Shown: in pieces, positions 22,437 through 33,300 of the stretch
How positions within the stretch are numbered: position 1 is the stretch's first letter
How the letters are laid out: every line of letters begins with the position of its first letter
NCBI GenBank assembly: GCA_043228905.1
Contig: JBHGNT010000020.1
Coordinates: forward strand, 2,666,001 to 2,730,000
Reading direction: 5' to 3'
DNA from: Azolla caroliniana
Lineage: Eukaryota; Plantae; Polypodiophyta
Length of the DNA: 64,000 nt
Program-made: the position numbers and the translations under genes
The notes under the pieces: model-generated
Told to the model about the DNA's origin: nothing
The model's input: only the letters and a program-made list of their open reading frames with translations
Database searches by the model: none

Positions 22437-25400
22437 GAATAAAGAAAGAAGGAGAGAAAGAAACACGAATGGTATCGACCAAAGAGATAAATACGTGTTT
22501 GATTCCAACGCAAGAGGACCCTTTATAAAATAGGGTTTTGTTTACAATGGCAACTTATAGTTAACCACAAGCTCAATCAAAACATAAATATTAAATGCCC
22601 TTAGAGACAAAAGCAAATCCGAACACGGCGAAGATGAACACACGAGCACCACCAAAATACCAATCGCAACGAACCACGACCTCCCGAACGACGAGCACAC
22701 GGGCTCGCAACGATGAACGGGGCGGAGCAACGTCGAACCAACGAAGCTTGGGCTCACAAGCAGTTCGAGTGCCGACGTGAAGAAGACGAGCACGTGGCGA
22801 TGGGGGGGATGAAGGGGTATGAGATGAAGAGAAGTGGTGAATAAGAAGATGAAGAACTTCGAAGAAAAATTGGCAATAGTCTCCTCCTCCCAAAACGTCC
22901 TCCCGAATGAGCCCCCCTCGACCTCCTTTTATAGGAAAAAAAGAAGGGGGGGTCGCCAAATTTGTCTTCAATGAAAAAGGAATAAAATTCCTTAAATCAA
23001 GCTGCACTGTAAGTCCAAATTCAAACCGTGCACCTCGAGCTAGTAGTCAATGTGACTATCCACTAGCCCACTAACTCTCTCTTATATAATACATAAATCT
23101 ATCTCTATAAATTCATAGCTTGTCTCCCCTCTACCTTTTATCTCTCCTCTCTCTTACTTTTTGCACGAGGTTCTATACCTCCTTTTCACCCTTTCTTTTC
23201 CTTTTTATTTTGCATATGCACAATTAATTGCTTTTGTGTGCACATGCACATTTTTGATCCCCCCCCCCTTTCGCTGGTTTTTCCCACACTCGAGCACGCC
23301 ACATCATGACAACGTAGTCCGACACGAGTGTGGAAATCCAGAAGTTCGATGGGAAGAACTTCGCCCTTTGGAAGGAAATGATGCAACATGTCCGACAATA
23401 GATTGAAGCCATTCGGCATAACAAGCCGACTTCAATGTTTGTAGAAGAATGGCGATCTATGTACGAAATAACTAGATCGACCATTCGAATACACCTGGCT
23501 AAAAACATCTATTCCAATATGGCAAAGGAGACAACTGCATTCTCTTTGTGGGAGAAACTACGGGCGGTGTACACAATGAAATCCTCCTCATCAAAGTTGA
23601 TATTGATTCGATAGTTATTCAACATGAAGATGAGAGAGACAGATCCAACAACCTCCCACATCAACACCTTCATTCGGGTGTTATCTGAACTCTCCTCCCA
23701 AGGGATTAACTTCAAAGAAGAAGTTAAAGCCCTTGCCCTCATTTTGAGATTGCCGGTGAGGTGGGAGATATTCCGCACGACTTTTGCCAACAGTTGTCCG
23801 AATCTAAATCTAGATGAGGCGATTTGACCAGTCCTCACATGGGACATTCGGCGAAAATCGATGGGACTCACCATCCGTGAGTCGGCAGAAGCCTACCATT
23901 CAATCGAGTCGATCGAGAGAACAAGTCGAAAGAACCGGTCGAAACATCAATCGACCAAGAAAGAGGGGAGACCGACAACGGTCGAAGTCGAGGAATAGCC
24001 GACCAAGTGATTTCTATACCCAGTGCAGAAAAACTAGTCACAATGTTTCTGACTGCTAGTCGATTAAAAGAAAGTAGAGTAGTCGACAATTTGAGCAGAA
24101 TTAAGGATGTTCTAACTCGAACTGTTTTCTAGTAGGCAACCAAATCAATGTTGCCAACTCCCGATCAGGAGAAAGTCTCTCTCTAGAGGACTCAATTATC
24201 AGAGAAGTCATCTATAGTGCACAAGATGCACGAATGTGGGTACTAGACTCTGGTGCCACATTTCATGTGACTCCAAATATCAAATGGTTTTCGAACTATT
24301 CAGTAGGAGCCGATGGCACAGTTCGACTCGACAATGGGCAGGAATGAAAAATCGTTGGAATCGGCGAAGTACCAATTCAATTGCAGAATAGCAATACAAT
24401 CATCTTGCACAATGTTTGGCACGTGCCCGAGCTCAAAAGGATTTGGGTCTCCATCGGCATGTTAGCCGAAGATGGGTATCGATGAGTCGTCATGGATGAT
24501 CAACCAAGGAAACATGAAAATCAAGAATGGATGCAAGCACAACAACTTGTATCCATTAATGGTGATCAATCCACAACGCATTGTGAACATAGCCAAATTG
24601 ACTGACTCGAATCTATGGCCGACTCAGCCATATGTCTCAAGTCGAACTGGACTAACTAATGGCGGTCAACTACATCCTGAAGCTCCAATCGAAGACGGAC
24701 TTCTGCGAGCATTGTCATTACAGGAAACAGACTTGAAGTCTGCACTCTCTCCATTACGAGACAGTACGACTACCCCTAGAGCTTGTACACATAAACATCT
24801 ACAGGCAATGCCCGAGAGATCTCTAGGTGGCTTTGTTGTTGGGGTCGGGGGTGAAGCCTAGAATGGCTTCACCCCCCTCCCAAGGGGGTTACGATAGTGA
24901 GAGAGCTAGAGAGAAAGACAAATTGAAAGTGACACAAAATGAGAGGGGAAAAATGTATATCTCATTACATACCCCATAGGGGGTTTATATAATACATCCA
25001 ATGTAACGGTTACATGACCGTTATAAATAAGACCATTACACATTCTTGTACACATGCACATAATTGTGCATGTGTCCATACACATACTAATCCTCACACA
25101 CTCATTTACTTTACACATACACATCAACCACACCATTACACATACCCTTATGCCTTCCCGTATATTCTTACGGGTAACACATGGCACACTTGTGGGACAG
25201 TGCATTGCACGGTGAACCCACTCGCCATGACAACTCTTCTCGACCGGAACTCCATCGTTCATCGTCTCAATGGTCGGAAATCCCTCGACCAGATCACTGC
25301 TCTACGATCGATAGAGCTTTGCTTGACTCGAACCTTCTCGTTCGGTCAACACAAGTCGCGATTGGATCATACACCAATTGGCTAGTTCACTATGGCATGG

Positions 25401-27818
25401 GTCGTAAAATCGTATTGTGCATTTGTGTATTCTTTCTTTCATCATGTGAAGTGAGTTTTATATTTTTTACCCTTTGGTCTTTAAAATTTTTCCCTCAAGT
25501 TTTTTTAAAATTTTATTTTATGCCCTTTAATTTTCGAAATTTTCTGTTCTACCCTTATGTTTCTGAAATTTTCTCTTCATACCCCTCTTCTCTTCCTTCG
25601 TTTCCTTCTATTCTCCTCTTTTTTTTCTTTTCTTCTGCTTCTTCTTCCTCTTCGTTTCTTCATGTTTTCCTTCTCTGTGTGTATGTTCTATCTTTTTCTT
25701 TTTCTGTGGTCATCTATGGCCATTTCCATCCGTGTCGTCACCATCTGTCCGGCCGACTCTATCGGCCGTCGGCTCGGTGGATACTGTTAGGCGAGTTCTG
25801 CCGTATCTTTTCGGACACTTGTCGAACTTCGGCCATCTCTTGGCGGCCGTCTTTGTACGGCTTCCTGGGCTTCCAGACCATCTTGCGAGCTCTGCCACTG
25901 TCGATCCTTGTTCGTCCGCTCCGTCGGATGTCGAAGGGCAGGCTCTTGGCTGACGCTTCTGTCTCAGCCGATTCTCGGCCCAGCCGTCTGGCCGGCTCTG
26001 TCCGGCCGCCGCCGTCTATCGATTGTCAAACCGGCTCTGTCCTACGACCGTCACTCACTCAACAGTCTTTGTCCGGTTGGCCGTCACTTGGCCGTCGTCG
26101 TCCATCTGTTGGCCGGCCATGTCTGTTCGCAGGCCGACTGTCGAACGTCATCCGTCGCCGTTCGTTGGTGGCCGACTGTCCGTTCGGGCTCTATCGTCCA
26201 CTGATTGGTGTTTGTTTGTTCAGTGCCATCTACGGTCCTGAACCAGGAACAAAATAGCTTCGATTTGGCCCACTTTGGGTTGAGCCACCCCCATAACTTG
26301 GATCCACATAACCACCATATCCAGTATTGGCAGCATCAGGGCGAGGAGATGGTGGTGGTGGTGGTGAACTGGGCCTCACTCCACTCTCTGAACCAGATGT
26401 AGAGTTTCCATAAGAGCTCACTGTAGAGGGAGATGCATTTCCATAAGGCACATTACATCTAGAGCCATGTGATCCTGAGTTCGCATTGCTACACATTCCA
26501 CCATAGCTCTAATTTAGATGCTACTCAGAGTTGCCATAGGAGGGGGGGAGAGCTTGGGTGAAAGCGATGGAGTGGGGAGTGATGATCGTTGCCATAGCTG
26601 TGAAGAGTATTTGGGACAGACAAACAAACTCTTGTGGATTCTCCATCATCATGTGGGTGTGTCTGAGAATCTGTAAAATGCCCACGAGTCACTACCACCA
26701 CCAAGGGAAAAGGGAACGAGGAAGGAAGGAGAGAGAGGGAGAAGAATATTGTGTGCTTCCAAATCATTTTTCTCTGTACGTGTTTGTAAGAGAGCTCGAC
26801 TGATAGCCTTTTCACCGGGACGCAACTGTTGACCAATTCTTCCAAAATCCTTTTCTCCCAAAATCTTATGCATCAATTTTTCTTCTCAGCCATGGAAACT
26901 TTAGCCATGATCTCCATGTCTTCTTCAAGTCTTTCATCTCATCAAAAACCTCTCATCGTATCATGTAGAGAGTCTTTCACCAAAAACCTCTAATAAAAAT
27001 GGCTCACCATATAGTGATTGTATGCACAAAAACACACACAAGTAGAGACATAGAGAGGGAGGGTGAAAGATTAGTGAAGGAGAGGGAGAGTGAGGGAGGG
27101 AGAGATCGACCTCTTCTCAAGGGAGGTCGGTCGTTCGGGCGTGCCAAAAGTGTTGTTGGGTGTTACTGTACGAGACGTACGTGTGATTGATAAGTGTGAT
27201 AAGTGAGGGTGAAAGATGAAATGTGTTGATATGTATGTGTAATCTTATACGATTATGAGTGTGAATGTAAGAGTGAGTTGTTAACTCTTCGGGCCGGACA
27301 ATGGCCTAACACAGGGTGTCTACGGGAGACACTTCACCAAAGGGTGTTACGGCAACCAGATTAGACTTCAACGCTTAATCCGACTTAGTTAAGTTACTTA
27401 TTAGGATCGTCTTTCATAACACGCGTAAGATATAACAATTAAGACAGAACGGCAATTAACACAGAGAGATAACAACGCTTAAGCTTTCATTAATTAATCG
27501 CTAACTATTACATTGTATCCGGGCCTTTAAATAGGTTTCCGGTCTGTATTACAAAATGGTGCCATTCGCACCTGTTCGGGATCGGTCCGGATCCGGAACG
27601 GCATACCGTTTCCTGTCCGTCCGTCCACACTCATAGCTTAATTACAACCACATTCCTACTACTTAATTAGCTCTCCGTTTCCCACTATGGACTCCTTTGC
27701 CGGCCGGTAACACATGGCACGCCCGTGGGATAGTACCTTGTACGTCGAATCCACAACCGACCCTTGCTATTCTTCGTCCAAAATGTCCAGAATGCTTTGT
27801 TCGAGAGGCTCCAATGGT

Positions 27819-30179
27819 TCATCTGGAAGTGGTTGTTGTTGTTGTTGTTGTTGCTGCTCTGTTGCTGTCTGCTGCGGCGGGTCCGTTGGTGGTTGTTGCA
27901 GCTGCTCCTCTGTTTGTGGCTCTGTAATGCGTCAATTGCCTTTGATATGTACTTTGTAATTTTTGCAATACTGTTGACGCTCTCTCTTTGTCTTCCTGCT
28001 GCTGCCTCTGGAGCTCCATCCAGACCTTCTCCGCCTCTTCCAAGCGTCTTGTATTTTCCGCCCGTTCGTCGGCGATCGCCGTCGCGGCCCGATCAACTGC
28101 CTGCTGGAGCTCGGCCATACGTTCTTTATGCTCTGTTTCCAGCCGTTTGTAGTCCCGGTGTAGGTGCTCAAAATCATCCGTCTTTTGCTTGAGCCGTGCG
28201 TTGATCTGACGACGGGCCCGGTCCTCATGGTCCTTCTGCTGGCAGAGCTCTTCCTTTAGCCGTTCAATCTCTGTTTTCACCGTTTTCCGCAGCTTGTCCT
28301 TTTCCTGCAGCACTTTGTCTTTCTCCTCCTTTAGCCGGTCGTACGCTTGATGGCCTTTCTGGAGGTTCTCCTCTGCCCGGCGGAGGTTCTTAGCAGTCTT
28401 CTTTAATTCGGCTTCGACCGCCGTCTTCAATTCTCGTTCACGGCTCCTTAGCGCTTCTTGTGCGGCAAGTTCCTCTCTCAATTCTGCAAGCTCCTGAGCT
28501 TGCGCCACATTTCTCGCCGGAACGGTTTCCGTTGCCGGGGTCTTATTGCTATGTACAGGTCGTTCCGTTTCTTTATTCTGTACACTTATCGGAGTCACCG
28601 GTGATTGGATCCGTATTTTGGCCATCTCTGTCGTGACCTGATCCAAGTCTTTTTCAAGGCACCGGATTCTGGACCGGGCCGTCTCTAGTTGTTCGGTTGT
28701 GATGAGCAACCGTTCGCTTTGCGCTCTTTCTTCCGCCTCTATATACCCCACTGCTCCGGCTATCTGTTCGCCTATCCACCAGAGCCACAGGCTACCGGTG
28801 CCTTGTTGTTCTTGCACAGAGGTTTGATAGATGGGCTCACTTGTAGAGGGGTGGTCCCGCCTGGTCGCGCCGAGTTGCAGTTCCGTTTCTGCCCGTGGAC
28901 CATCCTGCTATCCTGGTTCCCCTTGCGCTTCTTCTTGGCTGACCGAGGGAGGTTGCAGTGACCTTTCCGGCTCTGGCGGGATGGGGCTTGCCGGTGTTGC
29001 CGGGGCTTCTGTTTCTGGTGCCATCTGCACCGGTTCCGGTTCCTTCCTTGGCGTGGGAGTCTCAGTATGGGGAGCCGGTGTTCCCTCCGTCTGAGGGTCC
29101 GAACGTTTCCCGACTGTCTCAACGGTCCTTGCCGACGACCGTCGCTGGAGGTGCTCCATAGGCTCCTCCTCTATTTCCTCCTCCTGAGCTCCGGCATTGA
29201 GTTTTGCCGCCAAGGGGTCCACTTCTTGATTCACCGGTCGGCGGAGTGTGACCTTTACGGGCCGTGCCGGTGGTTCCTCCTGCGCCTCCGTTGGGCGCTT
29301 CCGGCTTCCGCTTCCTGCTGCCGCCTATTCTGCATCCACCGCCTTTCCCTTACTGGCCTTAGAGGCCAACAACTGTTGCCGTTTGGAAGCCGTCCTTGGG
29401 GCGCCGTCCGACACTCTTCCTCGTTTCTTGGGTTGGACGGTCTGAATGGGTGGCACCAACAAGGTGAGCCACTGCGTTACGGCGTGCCATATCCTTCGTC
29501 CGTCTCGGCCTTCTTTGTCGTCTTTGCCTCTGACGATCTCGATCGCCGCACACAACTCGTCTGCAATCAATACCGGCCAATCCACCTTGATCCCTTCATA
29601 GGTGGCGATGATCATCCCTGCCCGGTTCTGCAGCATGACAGGGGGTCTAGGGTACACGTGGCCGTATTCATGGAGCACACGAGCAATTTCGCGGAACAGC
29701 ATATCTCCGCCGCCCTGTGTCCGGTAGCCCTTGTTGGCTAGAGAGTACTCACCAAAATACCTGATGAGTTGCTCCGGGGTTGGATTGTCGATCGTGAGTA
29801 TGCCTCCCTCCGGAAGGCCTATTAACGCTCGAATCACCTCTGCCGTTATGACCTTTGTATCGATTTCTTTGATCACTTTGTCGGCTTCTTTGTGTGGCGG
29901 TACTTCCACCATCATCAAGAAGCCCTCGAGCCCGTGTTGCTTCAACCATGTCTTGGCGGCTTCCGACAACGTTTGCGGGTCCATCTCTGTGTCGGGGTCG
30001 GATTGCGGTGGCGAGGATGGATGGTGATGAGAGTGGGGTTGAGAAAGAGAGAGTTCAGAAGGCGGGGGTTCTCTGTGCGCAGGTTCTCGTCTGATGATCT
30101 TGCAACGTTTCGGTGCTTCTGTGCTCCTGGGTTCGCGAAAGTAGAGGGTCTCTACACGCAATGGTTTTTGTCTGTGCAT
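27819..30179 (-). pseudogene. Extra 3' ORF of D (~786 codons, two TAG stops): globular N-domain, P/E-rich linker, long coiled coil
   Basis: Track ORFs 29325-30179, 28908-29234 and 27819-28817 share one frame; both stops are compatible with CAG>TAG. Confidence 0.75.
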
Positions 30180-30355
30180 TCTGGCGCCTTTTTCGAGTTT
30201 GTGTATGTCGCGTACTTAAAATAGCATTATGTCCTGTGGTGGCGCTTTAAATGCCCACTTCGTACCTTTTCGCTCCACGCTCTTTCCTCCATTCATTCCT
30301 CGCTTTTGCATGATTGTTTTTTTTTTTTTCAGTTATTATTATTCTTAGTGTGACG

Positions 30356-33300
30356 TCACATGTTCGTTGGTCCTCCCAGACCCTTACCGGCCTCATTCTC
30401 TCCGGTTCCCGGCTTGCCGTCTTTGCCGTCTTGGTGGTTGCCGTCGGTCCTTTGCTCAAACGGGTTCTTAGGCATCGGTCCTCTATATGCCTTTAACTGG
30501 AATCCGTTGACCCATTTGCCCAGCACTTCGCCGGCAAGTGTCCCCAATTGGTAGGACCCATTATACTCCCGTGTTAGCCAATATGGTCCGCTCCATCTAA
30601 ACCTTAGTTTACCCGACATCTTGCCCATCCGGGTTTGGAATACTAACACTGGTTTGCCGATTGCGAACATTTTTTCGTTACCTTTCCTGTGCCGGTCGAT
30701 GAATGCTTTCCGTCGCCGTTGCTCCAATTCTAAATGTAGGATGCTGGCCAACCGTTGTTCCTCCAGCTCACACATCGCTGTCAACCTTATTGTCTTCGAC
30801 TCCTTCTCGTTCAGCCGTTCTCGTAGCTGGATCCGTAAGCTAGGTACTTGAAATTCTACCAGCATGACCGCCTCGAGTCCGAACGCCAACCGGAACAGTG
30901 TTGTTCGGATGCTCGTTTTGTATGCCGTCCGGTATGCCCAAAGCGCTGTCGTGGCGTGGCTCGCCTAGAAGCGTAGCGTTGCGTAGACAAAAGATATCGT
31001 GAAAGTGAGGAAGGAATCACTGGGATTATGGACGGAAGAGACGAAAGAGTAGAGATAGATAAATAGTGATCAACAAGATATGACAAGATAGGATATAGAA
31101 TGATATTTGAAGCAATAAAAGAGATTTATAATTATTTGATAAAAGAGTTACAAAATGATTGTGCACATCATTGAACCTCCGAACTTTGTCTTGCAAGGTA
31201 ATCACTCTTCTCTTTCTTGATCGTAGACCATTACAATCTTCACTTCAATATTTTGATGAAGATAAGGCTCGAACCGCCTCCCTCTTGTTGAGAGTTGACC
31301 ACCACGACCGCCAAGCTAGAGCTCCACGTTTATGTTAAACTTCTTCCCTTCTTTCTCTATTTTTATGGTATCTCTTATGAAATATATAATTTGATTGATA
31401 TCTCATACATATCTCCCCTTTGATCTTCTCTTTTACCATTAAAATAGGTGCCCCCATGCATATGATGCATTGGAGGGTACAAGTCATGCATGTAGTGCAT
31501 GAAATGCATGTGATGCATGATCGCCATTTGGCGTTCATGCATTACATGTGATGCATGATAAACATCTCACTCATTTTGAGCTTTTATGTATGAAACAATA
31601 TATGCAATAAGAATAAACATGAAAATATAATCTTAAAGAGAAATGGCCTAGCCTAATGGTAGGTGTGTTGACTTTGGTGTATGAGGTTGAGGGTTTGAGT
31701 CTCAAAATACTATTGAATACAACATACAACTTCATTTTTATATCATGAAGCAAATCCTTTATGTAATATAAAGTATATATAAAATATGCTTTATTTTATG
31801 TATATTACTAGTTTAGAGTAAATGGTAAGATTTGAGAGTCATAGGGTGGGGTTATTGGTTCAAGTCCTTTCTTGTTCGTGTAATATAATATACTTATCTA
31901 TATATATATATATATAATTTTTCTTTACATATATATAATATTATCATATGTGTTGTTAATATTATCTTTATATATACAACATTATCAAATGTTATTTTAG
32001 TTACGTATTTATCTTATTGTAGACTTTTAATGTGAAGCTTTCGTACTTCACGACAGCGCGCTATGTAGCTTTGTGTCCCAATTTGTCCGGTTCTCGTTGA
32101 CGATCTTCCGAAGGATGTTCTGGAGCGTCTTGTTTGTTGATTCCGCTAATCCGTTCGCCTGTGGATAGTAAGGTGTGCTTCGTTTGTGGATAACGGCATA
32201 GAAGGTCGTTAGGCTTTCCACTACCTGTCTGAGAAAGTGCCCCCCTTGGTCACTTATCAATTCAATGGGGCATCCGTAACGGCACCAGATGTACTCATAT
32301 AGAAACTTTGCCGTTGACGCAACGATGTTATCCCGTAAAGCTTTGGCCTCCACCCATTTCGTGCAGTAATCCGTAGCAACGATAACGTACCGATTACCCG
32401 TTCTCATTGCCGGTGGCTTGAACGGTCCTACGAAGTCCAACCCCCACTTTTGGAATGGCTCGAGTGGTAGTACCGGCTGGTGTGGCATACGAGCCTGCTC
32501 CGTTGGCTGGCCCATTCTCTGGCATAGGTCACATTCTTTTGCGTACCGTACCGCATCTCTTAATGTCGTTGGCCACCATAGGCCACTTTGCCATATTTTT
32601 CTGACCGTCGCATCTCCGGCATAGTGACCTCCGGCAACTCCGCAGTGGGCTTCTCTCAGTATCAGTTCCTTTTCATCGCTGTGCACCGCCCGTCTCCATA
32701 TGCCATCAGCGCCCTTGTGGTACAGTGTGTCTTGCAGTAAGCAGAAATGTCGGCTTTGTACCGCCAGGCGTTTCCGTTCGTCCCGGTTCAGCTCTTCTGG
32801 AGGCAGTCCTGTGCTCAGAAACTGGTGCATATTTGTGAGCCACTTGTCTTCCTGGGCCACTGTCTCATCTGCTGCCGTCTCCGTAGTGACTCGAAACAAC
32901 TCTGCATCCGGAAACTAATCCGCTACTCCGTCACCCGTCTCTCCGGACTCCAATCGGCTTAAGTAATCCGCTACGGCATGCTGTATACCGGGTCGGTGGA
33001 ATATTTCAAACTCGAACTCTTGTAACAATCAGGTCCACCGGGCCAATTTGCCGGTGAGTGACGCCTTGGACACCAGGTAAAGGAGTGCCGAATGATCTAC
33101 ATGGAAGGAAAACTTCCTTCCCAATAAATAGTGCCGAAACTTTGTCACACTGTAGATCATTCCTAGAGCTTCCCGTTCCGTAGTAGAGTAGTTCCGTTCT
33201 ACTTGGGATAGCTTCCGGCTGGCATAGTACACTGGCCGGTACCACTTTGGTTCCGTAAGCTGCATCAGTACGCTTCCGATTGCGATGTCGGAGGCGTCCA

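Larger units (their letters stand above)
11440..23007 (-). mobile_element. Element C: LTR of a TGTCG-terminus gypsy family (11440-11461 + 21461-~23007), hosting A/B and a 105-bp array; truncated on the right by copia H
   Basis: Removing A rejoins tgtcgtgaagtttcgcgcacgt|gtgttacttgggcgggacca..ggactagggag, which is homologous to the end of A's LTR; minus-strand TATAAAAGG at ~22925-22933; right boundary uncertain. Confidence 0.65.

Noticed and set aside
25181-26257. 358-aa plus-strand ORF
   Set aside because: Low-complexity pyrimidine-rich antisense of a non-coding element interior; no recognisable domain.
27715-27730. Reading TGGCACGCCCGTGGGA as an ordinary PBS of a plus-strand element
   Set aside because: All D ORFs and the TATTTAA box are on the minus strand, and I and J have a separate PBS at the opposite LTR.
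31640-31872. Functional tRNA genes
   Set aside because: No acceptor or anticodon stems can be folded; only degenerate box motifs.
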